Notes: a model not told the origin generated them from the sequence alone. Counted from the stretch's first letter, positions 34,024-47,862 are shown. The stretch is 64,000 nt of DNA from Eledone cirrhosa (GCA_964016885.1 OZ024747.1:30690001-30754000); one strand, 5' to 3'. Numbers and translations are program-made.

Positions 34024-35650
34024 ATGTTGAAAGAGATAGAAGGCTAAACAATGCAAAATGGACTGTAAGATGAGGTAATGAAAAGTAAGTTATCTGGTAT
34101 TCTTTGTTTTTTATTGTTCTTTTTTCTGTCCAATATTTTGGATAGAGAAGGACCCCTCTATAAAATCTCCTGGTTCCTCTCCCAGATCCTCAAGCCTATG
34201 CTTGCTACTTTTCCTGGACATGTCAGCAGTTCCAACAAAGTCATACAAAGACTACATCAACTACAAGCTAACCAACTTAAACTCAACAGATATGCCTTTA
34301 GCCTCGACATTGTATCCTTCTGCACGGAAGTACCCGCTCATCCAGCGGTCAACCTAGTAACTGACTGCATCATTTCATACAACATATACTGCTTTGACTT
34401 CACTTCACAAGACATACATCAGCTTCTATCTGTCATCATAGAAAATACATATTTCACTTTCCACCACCACATATACAAACAAAAATCAGGCCTACCCATG
34501 AGTAGATGATATACTCATCCTCACATCACCCCATGAAGAGGCCGACATAATATCTATGGCATTTTCAATCACAGATGACAACATACGATTTACCAAAGAA
34601 CACCCTGATAAAAATGGTTCCTTGTCTCTGCTGGACTTCCAACTTAGAGTAACAAAAGAAGGTAATATATACACCAACGTCTATACAAAAGCTACAAGTA
34701 GAGATCTGTTTGTGTGTTATAGATCGGCCCTTCCCCTTGGTGCTAAAATCGGATACATAAGAAATGAACTTATGCGTATCTGGAATAAATGTAGCAAGAC
34801 AGAGGACCAGATCACTCACACTGCACACTTCATAGTTGATACCCAACATCCACAGTGAATCGACTGCAAAGAAGGACTGGGCATACAGTTAGCACACTCC
34901 GGACCTTCACTGCGTGGATACCTGTCGAAAAAGCAATCCAGAGACAACAACAATCAATGCTCACTGATTAACTGTCCTAACCGTGATACAGGTATGTCCC
35001 AGCGGACACATGTGGTATACAGGAATGCAACAAATGCAAGGAGTTCTACATTGGTAGCATGACTTGAGCACTCTACACTCGCATTAAAGAACACCTCAAC
35101 ACACACGCATCCTCATTCAAAAAACACATCGACAAATGTAGAAACATCACCCAACATATTACCATTACCATTAAAGCCAGTGATAGAAATGTGGGCAACT
35201 TAAGAATTAAGAAAGCCTTGCTCATACGTAGATTCAACCAACAAATAAATAATAGATTAGAACTCAGCACTCAGTACCTGACATAAAAAGACCCACCCAC
35301 TGGCATACAAGCTAAACATCTCATACAAAAAAGAAAATTGATTTTGTGAAATACTATATTGGCAATAGACGTCTTAGTCGTGAAGAGCGAAATAACCAGA
35401 AAAAAACGTTTGAAAACGACTTACAAAAAATTTTAATCAAAATCACAATTTAATCCCAAAGAGAGGAAATCGGAACATTATCCACTGAAAGTTCCTTAAA
35501 CTCTGAAGAAGGGACTTTTATGTCCCGAAATATTGGACAGAAAAAAGAACAACAAAAAACAAAACAAAGATTACCAGGTGACTTACTTTTTGTTACCACA
35601 CCTTACAGTCCATTTTGCATTGTTTATCCTTCTATCTCTTTCAACATTAA
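34022..35650 (+). mobile_element. Penelope-like element (RT + GIY-YIG), decayed, with about 120-bp terminal inverted repeats
   Basis: FSLDIVSF..EVP, YKQKSGLPM, VDD, FTKEHP..LLDF, VVYR..CKEFYIGS..TRIKEH. 34022-34142 is the reverse complement of about 35524-35650. Hammerhead-like CTGAAGA-A-GGGAC..GTCCC-GAAA at 35503-35530. Confidence 0.88.
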
Positions 35651-35684
35651 TAATAGTATATACAGTTTTTTTCTGCATTTAGTA

Positions 35685-36112
35685 CAATGCCAGCAATTTG
35701 AAGAGAAGCAGAAAGTCAATTAAATCGACCCCCAGTGCGTTATTCATATTTTATTTTATCCCCCCCATAAGGATGAAGGGCAAAGTTGACCTCGGCAGCA
35801 TTTGAACTCAGAATGTTAGAATGCCGTAACAAAATACCATAAAGAAGTTTGGACAACATTCTACTGATTTCACCAATCCACAATAATGGTTTCTAATTTT
35901 GGCACTAGGCTAGCAGTTTTTAATTTTTTTAATTTTAATACCAAAGTGAATTATACTGACTCCAGTATTTGACTAGTAGATTTTTTATATCTATCCCCAA
36001 AAAAGTGAAAGGCAAAGATGCCCATTGCATGATTTGAACTCATAATGTATATAACCATAACTAAATACTACAAAGTATTTGTCCAATGCTCTAATAATTC
36101 TGCCAATAATAA
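35685..36112 (-). mobile_element. Two adjacent SINE family B copies
   Basis: Two GGCAAAG..ATTTGAACTCA..CCAAT units. Confidence 0.75.
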
Positions 36113-36879
36113 TAAACATAGCAAGAATTTAGATAAACATGTATTTAAGTTTGGAGTTAACTTAATATAATAAGCTGAAAATAATTTTAAGTCAACTGAA
36201 ATTTCACCCATGAGGAGAAGAAAAGTTGTTAGTGTTAATGAAAGTTCATCAGATAATGATAAGCATTGGGCAAATCAGCCTGATCTTTGGTAACTATATG
36301 TGACAAACCTGGATGTATTATAATTAGACCTACTTAGGGTGATGGATTGGCAGAATTGAGAGAGCATCATTTGCAGCATGGCCTCTAATGTTCTGATTTT
36401 AAATCCCACCAAAGTTAGTTTTCCTTATGGGTTCAAACTTAAAACATGTTTCTTTCACAAATCAAACAACCTTAGGAATGTGCTAGTAACTGTAATTACA
36501 CAGACATGGCATAGTGGCTGAGAAGTTTGTTTCATAATCATGAGGCAACAGGAACGACCCCACTTTGTGACATGTTGGGCCAAGAGTTTGTTACTATAGT
36601 TTGGTTTAAACCAAGCTTTATGAGTCAAATTAGGTAATCAGAAACTCTATGGAAATTCATTGGATGGGTTGTATCAGTAATTCAAAGATCCAACCTTATC
36701 AAAATGACTAGTTTATAAGATTCGTGTTAAGGATACACCTGTCTCGGGAACACTGAGCTACATTTTAATATAAGTATTTCACTAATACAAGCAGCCAAAA
36801 TGAGGTTTCTTTGGAGTATTGTCACTTGATAGAGTGTGTAGCTCAGGGATCAGAGAGTCACTCCAGGTAGAGCAGCTAC

Positions 36880-37065
36880 TTCTCTGAATTGAGAGATTAC
36901 AGCTCCGATATTACAGATATGGGGTTAGAATATCACAGGAAAGATTCAATGGACATATTTTACGGACAATACCAGCTTACAAGAGACCAAGGGGTGGACC
37001 CCAAGCAAGATGGTCGAATAACATCTATGAACTCAGCTGATCTCACTAGGGGATCCAGCCAGATC
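36880..37065 (+). mobile_element. Ancient RTE-like 3' fragment
   Basis: LRTIPAYKRPRGGPQARWSNNI resembles the RTE R.RGRP..RW.D.I motif. Confidence 0.45.
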
Positions 37066-37884
37066 AATTGGAAACAGTTGCTTCTGACAGGAAGTAACTC
37101 TCCTATTTTTATTTGAAACTGTCTCCAGGTTTTATTTAGTTTATGTATTCAAAGTTTCCTTTGAACCTTGCTTGGTTTAGTAAAGAATGTTGTTGCTTCA
37201 TCGAATTTTATGTTGTCGGAGGAAGCCAGCTAATTTGTCTGGCACTTATTTCATTATGATCCTAACATATAAATTGCAGAGTAGATGATGGCATAAGGAA
37301 AAATAACAGCATACTGAATTTTGTTCATCCTGTGTTAATTTAAACGCACACACATACACACAACTTATTATTGTATTTATTAGATATTCATTTACTTTTA
37401 ATGACTGCTTTATGGCATAAATCAAACTTTGAAATATAAAATGTAGCAGAATATATGCTATATGCTATGCATTTTCAAAAGTGTTATTTGCTGTTTTGTA
37501 TAGTTTCTAAGAAAATTTTTTAAATTAAAAATTGTTTTGTTTTTCTAAACTTAATAGTATTTAAGCAATACATTAAAATATATCTAAATTTATCTTTAAC
37601 TATTATTTAGTTATATTATTAGAAAAATATTTAAAATAGATTTCAAAATATTATCTGCTTAACAGCATCTAATTAACTATGGATTGCTGAACAAATATCT
37701 TACTAATTCTTGTTTGTAATTGCTGTTTTAAGAATTGTTTTAAATCAGAGAAATTAAATGAATTAATAACAATTTACTGCATTTATGAGCAAATCTATGA
37801 AACACTGGATTTTAAAATAAAACATTTAAGAAATCAATTAATCTCAAGGAGATTGAGTGGCTCTAAGACTCTGATAGAGGGTAA

Positions 37885-38073
37885 ATAATTGTTTCTACTT
37901 TTGGCACAAGGCCAGCAATTATCCCAGTGTATTACTGGTACCATATTTTATCGACCCCATAAGGATAAAAGGCCAAGTTAACCTCAGTGGGATTTGAACT
38001 CAGACCATAAAGGGTCGTAACTCTTTGCTGAAAAGCAGGGCATCAGACTCTCTGCCAATTCTGCCAATCCACC
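37885..38073 (-). mobile_element. SINE family B
   Basis: Reverse complement of the 28655 copy. Confidence 0.85.
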
Positions 38074-38239
38074 GGGGTGGAAACAACAGAAAAACAAACA
38101 AAACAACACACACACAAAATCTCTGAAAGAAGTGCATTGAGAAATAGGGAACCTGGCTAAGTAAGTGTATATGTGAAGGAGTTTAGAGAAGAAATTATCT
38201 GATGATATATTATTTTGAAAATGACTGAGAGGACACTTT

Positions 38240-38551
38240 AGTTGTGTCAAAGACATGTCAGTCTCCTTAGTGTCGGTGATCTACACAATAAAAGCGCTCA
38301 GTACATGCTGTACAGTGGTTGGTGTTAGGAAGGGCATCCAAGTGTATAAACCTTGCCAAATTAGGGGTTAGGAGGACCCTTCAGTTTGTGTCAAAAGACA
38401 ACAAATTCTCTGCATTTGATAGAATGTATGACCATATGTAAGTGAAATGCAGACCACTTGGCCTGTCTGGGAGGTCAGTAGCCCTGCTTCAGTACTGACA
38501 TGGTCTATGTAGACCCATACAGCTCTTGCTATCAAGGAAAGCAGATGTTAA

Positions 38552-38586
<35 letters not shown>

Positions 38587-38588
38587 CA
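38240..38588 (+). mobile_element. SINE/RTE-tail derived element with a (GAT)n tail
   Basis: GTGGTTGGTGTTAGGAAGGGCATCCA module and GGAAAGCAGATGTTAAA(TGA)n. Confidence 0.65.
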
Positions 38589-38748
38589 TGGGTGAATGAA
38601 GAAGTTTAATAATTTACCAGATGAAGAGTTGAGTAATTTGGTGAAAGAATGAATGCCTGAAAGATTAGATGACCAAAAACGTCAGTTACTAGATGAATAA
38701 AAGTTTAGTGCAGGTGAATAAATGAATGAATAGTTAGATAAATAGATA

Positions 38749-41700
38749 TATTTCTTTATTTACCATAAAGGCATAAAAAGAAGGGACAAATACAAAGGGG
38801 GAGTTTACATATAATCGAGTAAAAAGGGTGTAACATGAAAATAATCGAAAATAACCTCAAAAGGGAGGGGACGTGATGGGGGTTGCACACACCCCCGAAA
38901 AAGTGTGCAATCCTTTGCCCGGGGAGCACATGGAGAAGGTGCTCCCCTCTCCTTTACTTCTTTACCTACAGGATGGTATACAGAGAAGGCCCATTTACAC
39001 GAGCCATTCTCGCCACTATCACCCACCTTTCATAAAACTGCCTGTGGCCAAGCACCTCTCTCTCCATTCTTATCCTTCTTCCGAAGTGATATCGGAAGAA
39101 GTAGACCAGACTATGGCCAGAGAGGAAGTTGCCTGACCTCAGACCTTTCAATCGTGTCCACCAAACAACCTCTTTCAACATGGCTATTACGCACAGAAAA
39201 ACCGCCTTTGCTTCCTTTGTGAAGAGGGGAGGCGGTTTGATTGTCATCACGGACTCGGCGGTCAATTTAATCAGCGCCACCCGCGACAGCAGTCGTTCGG
39301 CGTAGCCCCACAGATCAGCCAAGCCCGGACATTGCACCAATGTGTGCGCAACGGTTTCTTCGTGACGCACGCATCTAGGGCAAATCTTTTTTGAGGGATC
39401 CCTGCCCGGGCGCCCGTGTCTGTAGAGCCTCTCTCGAACAGGTAGAGCCCCCCGGTAGCACTGCCAGGCCAGTGACTTCTGGAAGTTGTCCATTGGTCCT
39501 GGGCCGAAAGTCCTACCGAACAGGCTGGCCAGTTCGTCTTCTTCCATGTCCAGCGACTCTCCAAGGGTGTTATCGCCCCTGCTAGCCACCAGCCCTCTAT
39601 AGAATGATGAGGTGGATTCTCCACCGATGGCCTGGCCCGCTTGCCAGAGAGCCCTGAGCGCCTGAGCACACTCAGTGTGCCAGTCTCCCAGTTTTCCGGA
39701 TCTTTGCTTGACCCAGGACTGTAGCTCGGTGAGCGAGACGAGTCTCGGAAAGGCTCGTTTCACAAACGGAGCCCACACCGGTTGACCAGTGAGGAATACC
39801 TGTAGGTGCTGTAGCCTTAATGCGTGCCTACGCATCATCAACCACGGCATCCCCAGCCCTCGTTTCGAAGGTTGTTGGCAGCAGATGGATCTTCACACCA
39901 TAGGAGGGCGCTTCTTCCAAAGAAATTGGAAGAGCATGTGTTCCATGGTGGTGAGTGTTTCCTTAGGGCAAGGCATGACAGTCAGGCGGTAGTAAGTGAC
40001 GGACGCTATGTAAATGTTCGCCACCTCCGCCCGGCCTTTTAGGGACAGCTTACACTTGGCCCATTTCTGGGTTAGTGCAAACACCTTGTTCGTAACCTCG
40101 TTCCAGTTCTTTTCCACCTGGAGGTCCGGTCCAAACCAGACCCCAAGCAACTTTACCGGGCCCTCCGTCCAGTGTCCGACGACGCCGTCAGGAGGCATCG
40201 GTCTGCCTCTCCACGTTCCGAGTTGCAGCCCGATGGATTTTTCCCGGTTCAGTTTCGCTCCTGACAACCTTTCGTACTCCTCCAGTAAGGTACCGATCGC
40301 CTCGATCTCCGAGTCGGTCGATACCATTACTGTTACGTCATCGGCGTAGGCCGACACCACTTTGCTCAATCCTGGTTCCAGGGGGATACCCTGCAACAAC
40401 TCCAACTTCCTCAGTAAAGGCTCGAGAGTCAATACATACAGAAGGGAGGAGAGAGGGCACCCCTGTCGAATGGATCGTGTGATTTTGAACGGCTTCAAAA
40501 TGTAGCCGTTCACCTTGATCCTAGAACAGATGTGGTTGCTATGTAAGGCAGTGATCCAGCCTCTGAAAACAGGACCGAACCCAGCCGCCGCTAGCACCGC
40601 ATCCAGGTAACCATGGTCGACCCTATCGAAGGCCTTAGACTGATCCAAGTTGATCAGGGCCCAACCGAAGCCGGGTTTGTTGCCAACCCTCTCTATGATG
40701 TATCGCATGAGGTGGAGGTTATCGTGAATGGACCTGGATGGGATAGCACATGTCTGCGCATCTCCCACCAGGCCACCCACGACAAGCGCCAACCTCTTTG
40801 CTAACACCTTGGCCAAAATCTTTAACTCTGTGTTTAGCAGGGTTATGGGCCGAAAATTATTTATACTATCTCCCTTGTTCTCGTCCTTCCTCACGAGCGT
40901 GACCACGCTCTTGGCTACAGAACAAGGAATTCTCCCATTCTGCTGCCAATTGCGGTAGACCGCTTCGAGGAGTTCGGAGAAGAAGACCGGCATTGCTAAA
41001 TAAAGTTCGTAAGGTATACCATCGAGACCTGGAGATTTGCGTCTGCTGCATTGGCTCAGCGCATCTCCGATCTCATCAGCCGAGATTGGTCCCTCGCAGG
41101 ACTCTGCCTCTTCGCTCGAGAGACGCGGTAGGCCATCGAGGTATGGACCAAAATCCCCGCCCCCGCCCGGACCCTCGCCTCCCCCGAACAATCGGGCAAA
41201 GTGTCTTTGAAAGGCCTCGCACATCTGCTTAGGCTGCCGGATCACCCGTTCATCTTCGTCTTGCAACGACCGGATGGTGGATCGATTTCCACTCTTAGCT
41301 TCTGTCACGCGGGCCCAGCCAACGGCTTTGGCCCCCTCATTACCTAGAGCACGTATTTTACTTCGAATGACGCAGCCTTCGTGCTTTGCATCGAAAAACT
41401 GGTTCAAGGCCGTCCTCGATGCCAGCACTCTGGCCACATCTTCGCTCTTGATTGCCTCTTCTAATTTACCTGTTAATTCTTTCTCGTTTCTATTCCTATC
41501 AGCAGCTAACATCTTGCTATAACTTATTGATTCTGTTCTAATCTCTCTTTTGAGAGATGCCCACCATCGGTTGTTGACGATTGCACCCGTCAACCTCTCC
41601 TTAACTAATCTGCTAATCCGGTTTCTGTAAGTCTCTTTTGCCGGTAAAGACAAATTAAGTTTCCAGTAACCGGGACCCTGTTTATGTGTTTTCTCGAGAT

Positions 41701-42881
41701 TGACTACGCAGGTCACTAATTTGTGATCCGTGTAGCCAACCGTGCGCATTTCTGGACAGCTTAATATGTCCCTATCCTTACTTCTAACTAAGAATCTATC
41801 TAAGTACGATCTAGATTGACCACTGTGGTTTCTCCAAGTCCAGGTAGGCACAGTTGGAAAATCTAGTCGATATCTATCGACCAAGTTAAAACGGTCGAGT
41901 AACCCCTTGAGGCTGTTACACCCCCCTCTATTAGGACATGCTCCTGCATAGTCCCAATGTGCATCTAGGATGTCATTCCAATCCCCCGCTAGAAGCAGGG
42001 AACGCGACGTTCCCAGAAAAGTCTCCAAACGCTGGAAGAAGTCGGGCCGTTCAGCTCCGAAAGGGGAGTAGACGGCGACCAGTCTCAAGGCCGCACTTTC
42101 ACTACTGCCAACGTCTAGCACCAACAAACGACCCTCCGGGTCCGAGTGCACAACCTGTACGGCAAGACCCAGGTGTTTTTGCAGCAGTACGACAACCCCA
42201 CCCCCACCTCCAGGTTGACAGAGAGATGCATGCACCTCAAAGTCATCGAAGGTCGGGGCCAGCTGCCGCACGACGCTGATTCGAGTCTCACAGATAACCA
42301 TTACATTTATACTACATGACCTGAGGTCATTTAGAAGCTTTGCTTGCTTCCAAGTTGAGCCCAGGCCATGTGCATTCAAACATCCTACTCTTAACACATC
42401 CATGTGGGCGGCAGAGCCAAAGGAGAGTGTAGAGACCTACCTTTCCGCTTCCCGGGGTTCGGGTTGCACAACTTCCATGGGGTCGGGGGTGTTGGGTGAA
42501 GGGGTGTCTTGTGGTGGTGTGGGGTTGTCAGTGTGTGGTGGGGTTGGGGTGTTTGGAGTTGTGTTGGGGAGGGGAAGGGGAGGGGGAAAGCTTTTTAGTA
42601 GGACGCGGTTTATGGGTTTGACAGAGGGTGGTCCTACGTCCTCCTTAAAATCCTTTTTTAGTTTTTGGTAGAGGTTCATTGGGATCTTTATTAATTTTAA
42701 ATGTGGGTAGTTTTCTGAGGAAACAAAGTTTACACCTTCGGTTTGTACCGAAGGATTATTGTATATGAGTTCATTTAATTTATTATTGTTTCTGTTGATG
42801 TAAGTATAGTGTAATGTCTTTTTTTCGGATGGTGTGAGTGTTTCGAAGAGGGGAGGGGCAGGTTTGTTTTTCTTTGTTGCT
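38749..42881 (-). mobile_element. Tx1/L1-clade LINE, 5'-truncated within ORF1, with a 19-bp TSD
   Basis: TSD ATAGTTAGATAAATAGATA at 38730-38748 and 42882-42900. ORF1 remnant 42881-42437, then ORF2, then a 3' UTR ending AATAAAGAAATA. Confidence 0.95.
38966..42403 (-). pseudogene. Tx1/L1 ORF2 (APE endonuclease, RT, CCHC), about 1145 codons with one in-frame TGA at 39895-39893
   Basis: CLNAHGL, GDWN, SYLDRF, TDHK, GPGYWKLN, KSPGLDG, FRPITLLN, DQSKAFDRV, RQGCPLS, AYADD, CPRC...ETVAH...C. The two track ORFs (39893-42403 and 38966-39850) are in the same frame. Confidence 0.92.
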
Positions 42882-42886
42882 ATAGT

Positions 42887-42893
42887 TAGATAA

Positions 42894-42935
<42 letters not shown>

Positions 42936-42940
42936 GATAG
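42887..42940. repeat. (GATA)n microsatellite
   Basis: Directly visible; abuts the Tx1 5' end. Confidence 0.95.
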
Positions 42941-43202
42941 CTGAACAAGTAAATCTGAGAAGAAATTAGTAAAAGATAAAGTGAGAAGGAAAGTCATTGA
43001 TCTTTATTCAGATTACTGATAGAGACTTCCAAACTTGAACCTATTGCAGGGAAGGGTCATAGATGTATGTTATATCTAAAAACAAAATACTGTTTATGGT
43101 ATTTATAGCACTGTTACACGTATACCTGATGCAGAAGAAGAAAAGGAGATGTAAATTGCTGATGTAAACGTCAATTCCTCGAATAGACATTTTATGTTTG
43201 GT

Positions 43203-43318
43203 AAAAAAAGAAAAAAAAGAAAAAAAAGAAAAAAAAGAAAAAAAGAAAAAAAAAGAAAAAAAAGAAAAAAAAAGAAAAAAAAGAAAAAAAAGAAAAAAAA
43301 GAAAAAAAAGAAAAAAAA
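43203..43318. repeat. (GAAAAAAAA)n A-rich repeat
   Basis: Directly visible. Confidence 0.95.
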
Positions 43319-44118
43319 TCCTTCAACTATTTCAAAGATTGGTAATTTATATGAAATAACAGGAAATAACAAACAAATAGACTTATCTAAATAAATCTCT
43401 AATCAGTGAGCGAAATTATTAATATATTGAACTTCTTTTTCACTAAGTAAGTAATTGCTGCAGATTTTATAGCTGTCTTCATTGATTTTTACCAAAAGAG
43501 AGTCATTAGACTTTGTGGCTACTTTTGAGTACTATGACATTGTTGCTATCACTAATAAACATTGTTATAAGGGCGGTAGAGATAATGGAGACAATAGTGA
43601 GCCAGGCTATATTTTATAGCATTTCATGAGGTACCTTATTGGTTAGATTTTAATTCCCATGTGGAGGTCAGTCGATTTTTATCTTTCATCTCTTCAGACA
43701 TAGTATCTAAATTTAAAGAACTACAACCCTTCTTGTGCTAAACCAAAAACTGGCCTTGTGCCTGTTCAAAGGAAATTATTCTTGTAGTTTTATAATGTTA
43801 GTGAAAACAATACTGACCATGAAGTGATGGGTTGGAAATTTTACATTTCAGTAATTTGGATTAAAATCCCCTGGGTTTCATTTTCAAATTTTGCATTCTA
43901 TTCTGAAGTTGACAAGAAAGACATCAATAATATATCTATAACTGACTCCATTGATAATACCGCTTGTCTTTATGATAAAAGTCCCTTTTCAAGACAAAAT
44001 ATTCTCTTGGTGTATTAGTATAGTGAGAACATGTTAGGAGCTAAAGTATTTGATGGCAGTGTCTTGATGAAGGTGATACAAGACCACAATACATTGAAGG
44101 AACCTCAATTGCAGTTGG

Positions 44119-44166
<48 letters not shown>

Positions 44167-44183
44167 GTAGTAATAATAATAAT

Positions 44184-44510
44184 AAACTAAAACAATACCA
44201 GTGGTTGTAGGCACTCTAGGAATGATACCTAAGGGGTCTAATGATTACTTATCGCAAATCCCAGGAAACCCGCGTATAGGAGAAATACAAAAGATAGTAC
44301 TAATGGGAACTGCCCATATACTAAGGAAGATTCTGTCAATATAAGTACATCACAAGTCTAAATACCTAAAGATGCATGTGTGTGTATGTATGTTCTTTCT
44401 TGAACATGGCGGACCTTGTTGTCTCTTGAGGTCACTGGTTGTGACTTAGTGATAACTCGTATGAACATAAAGCAAGATAAATGCAACTATAATAATAATA
44501 ATAATAATAA
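44184..44510 (+). mobile_element. R4/Dong LINE 3' fragment inside (TAA)n
   Basis: KTIPVVVGTLGMI...EIQKIVLMGTAHILRKILSI*, then a UTR. (AAT)n on both sides. Confidence 0.85.
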
Positions 44511-47500
44511 AGAACAAAAATTGGCCAGGCAGGCTCGGGTAATAAGAACTAATGGTTGGATAAGCGAGCTGGAACTGGAGGAACTCAGTATAGAGATTAG
44601 ATTGGAAATGGAGAGTGGAGTATGCCAGGCAAACGAGCCAGTGAGAGATGAAGGTGGAGAGGTTGAGAGAACGGAGGAAGCATCCGAAGCAGACAATGAT
44701 CTGAATGCTGAAATAAATAATACCTGGAACAAAGATACGGCCATTGAGGAAATGAATGCTGACGGGATAGGATAAGATTTGGTTGATATCCTAAACTTAG
44801 TGGTAGATGAAATGAACAATGATAGTGGGAAATCTATGAACCTAAGATTTGTAGACAGGAAAAAGTCATCCCATACCTTGAGGCGAGGAGCCTTCACCAG
44901 TGCAACAATATCCTCAAAGCAACAGCAAATGCGGTGAGGAAATTACTTGGAATAAAAGCGAGAGGAAACAACAAACAAGAAAGATCAGAACCTTGGTGGA
45001 AGAAATGACTGAATGGTCAAATCAGGGAAATGAGAAATGACATTGGAAAGCTTGAGTCCCTACTGAATGGGACACTACAAAACATACACACTAAAAATAG
45101 ACTGGAAAGTGCAAAACTAGGAGGAAAAAGCTAAATATTATCATAGAGGAACTGAAGCAGCGCATTGTAGCAAAGAGCGATACAAGAGTAGAGTCAGTCA
45201 GTATAGACAGAACCGCATGTTTGACAACAACCAGAAGATGTTGTTTGGACAGCTTGAAGGGAAAGAAAGAGGCAACCACTTGATCCCTGAGGCGGAACAA
45301 ACTAAGACATTCTGGAGAGGAATATGGGAGCAGGATGTTGAGCATAATGATCAGGCAGTGTGGATTGAGACAGTACAGAAGGAGATCAGTGAACAGGCAC
45401 ACCAACAAACTGATTTGAGTATCACAGTTGAAACTCTTAAGGGGCAGGCCAGAAAACTAACCAACTGGAAATCACCAGGCCCAGATGGTGTGCAGGGGTA
45501 TTGGATTAAAAATATAACATCCCTCCACCCGAAACTGACAACCATGTTCAATGACTGCTTGATGTCAGGTGAGGTACCAGAGTGGTTGACAAAAGGTACC
45601 ACAGTTCTGGTAATGAAAGACCGAACCAAGGGTAATGATGTTACCAACTATAGACCTATCACATGTCTGTCCGTAATGTGGAAACTGTTAACCTCCACAT
45701 AAACAACTTGTTACCGGACGAACAGAAAGGATGCCGAAAGAAGTCCTGTGGTACAAAGGACCAATTACTTATTGATAAGATGGTAATGAGGAATTGCAGG
45801 AGGAGACACACTGGTCTTGCTATGGGATGGATAAACTACAAAAAGGCATTCAACATGGTACCTCATTCTTGGATAACCAAAAGCCTAGAGATCTTCAAGG
45901 TGGCAGATAACATCAGACAGTTGTTGAGCAAAAGTATGAAGTCCTGGAAAACAGAGTTAACATCGGGTGGAGAATCCTTGGGAGGTGTGAGGATCAAGAG
46001 AGGTATCTTCCGGGGAGATAGTTTGTCCCCTCTGTTGTTTGTCCTTGCCCTGATACCCCTGACCATTATACTGCGAAAAGTGAGAGCAGGATACAAGTTG
46101 GGAAAGGGAGAGCTTACCATCAATCACCTCTTCATGAACGATTTTAACCTCTTCGGGTAGAGTGAGAAGGAGTTGGATGTGCTTGTTGACACTGTCCGTA
46201 TTTTCAGCAATGATATATGTATGCAATTTGGTATTAGTAAGTGTTGAGTTCTTGTGATGAAGAGGGGTAAATTGAACAGAAGCAACGGAATCCAGGTACC
46301 AACAGGTGAGATGATAAAGGAAGTTGATGCTGAAGAGGGATACAAATATTTAGGTGTTCTGGAGGCTGATGACATCAAGAACAAAAAAAATGAAGGAACT
46401 GATAAGATCTGAATACATTCGGAGAATAAGGAGCGTATTAAAGTCACATCTGAACAGTAGGAATGCCACAAGTGCAGTAAATTCCCGAGCTGTGTCTATT
46501 ATTAGGTACAGTGCAGGAATTCTGAAATGGAATGTTGCTGAACAAAAAGAAATGGATAGGAAGACTAGGAAGCTATTGACTATCTACATGTTCCACAAAA
46601 GGAGTGATGTCGATAGACTCTACTTAAGGAGATTTGAAGGTGGAAGAGGTCTTATCAGCATAGAGGACTGTGTTCAGATGGAGAAAAACAACCTACACAA
46701 ATACGTGACTGATAGTAAGGAGCCAATGCTCAGAATTGTACTGAAGGAGAGGACAATAGACCAGTGGCAGTCCAAGGAGGAAATAACAACAAGGAGAAAG
46801 AGCAACCTTCATGAAAAATCCCTTCATAGTGCCTTCTTTGAGAAAACTGAATTTAGAGATCCACAGACATGGAACTGGTTGAAGAGGAGACCTTAAAAAG
46901 GCTACAGAAGGAATGCTAATGGCTGTGCAAGAGCAGGCCCTCAAAATGAAGTGGCTGAAACACCATATTTACAAGGAGGAGGCTAGCCCACTGTGTAGGA
47001 TCTGTGGAGAGAGAGAGGAGACTGTGGCTCACATTGTATCCGAGTGTAGACACCTAGCCCAGACTCACTATAAAGGCTGGAGACATGATGTGATAGGCAG
47101 GGTGATCCACTGGCATCTATGCAAAGTAAACAATTTACCATATTCTGAGAAGTGGTATGAGCATAAGCCAGAGTCGGTGATGGAAAACGATCAGGTGAAG
47201 GTACTACAGGATTTTAGGATACTGACGGACAAGAAATTAGAACAAAATAGGCCTGACCTGGTGGTTTTGGACAAGGAAAAAAGATTGTGCCTGATTGTAG
47301 ATGTAGCCTGCCCATTTCACACGAGAGTACAAGAAAAGGAGAGGGAGAAAATTAACCGATACCAGGATTTAAATTGGGAGTTAAAAAGGATTTGGAACTG
47401 CCATGAAATCAAGGTCATCCCGATTGTCATAGGTGCACTAGGGACTATCTCAAAGAGTTTCCAAGGATGGTTAAAGAAGATTAGTCCAGCCCCGAATATC

Positions 47501-47598
47501 TGAGGCTGCAGGTAGCGGCTTCATATTCTTTTCAACAAAATTTCCAGTTAAATAACATGAATGACTGAGACTCAAAGAACAATAATAATAATAATAAT
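44510..47598 (+). mobile_element. R4/Dong-clade LINE (RT + restriction-like endonuclease), decayed
   Basis: [57 protein letters not shown]...ETVAHIVSEC, RHD, RPDLVV, DVACP, IPIVIGALG. (AAT)n at both ends. Confidence 0.93.
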
Positions 47599-47862
47599 GG
47601 GTTCTGATTTAGGCACAAGGCCAGCAATTCGGGGCTAGGAGAAAGTGAATTAAATCAACCCCAGTACATGACAGGTACTTTATTTTATCGACCTCGTAAG
47701 GATGAAAGGCAAAGCTAACCTCAACAGGATTTGAACTGAAAACGTAATAATTGTTTCTACTTATGGCACAAGGCCAGCAATTACTCAGTGCATTACTGGT
47801 ACTTTATTTAATCGACCCCGTAAGGATGAAAGGCAAAGTTAACATCGGTGGGATTTGAGCTA
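47598..47862 (-). mobile_element. Two tandem SINE family B 3' parts
   Basis: GGCACAAGGCCAGCAATT..GGTACTTTATTT..GGATGAAAGGCAAAG occurs twice. Confidence 0.82.

Noticed and set aside
39893-39895. Programmed readthrough or editing rescue of the Tx1 TGA (and the gypsy TAG at 1902)
   Set aside because: Simple point mutations (CGA>TGA, TCG>TAG) explain both, and no supporting structure was seen.
42960-43080. Possible minus-strand exon after tttttAG near 43077
   Set aside because: All frames stop early, and the flanking exons already join in frame without it.
43103-43394. Poly-Lys/Arg and poly-Phe ORFs
   Set aside because: Translation of an A-rich simple repeat.
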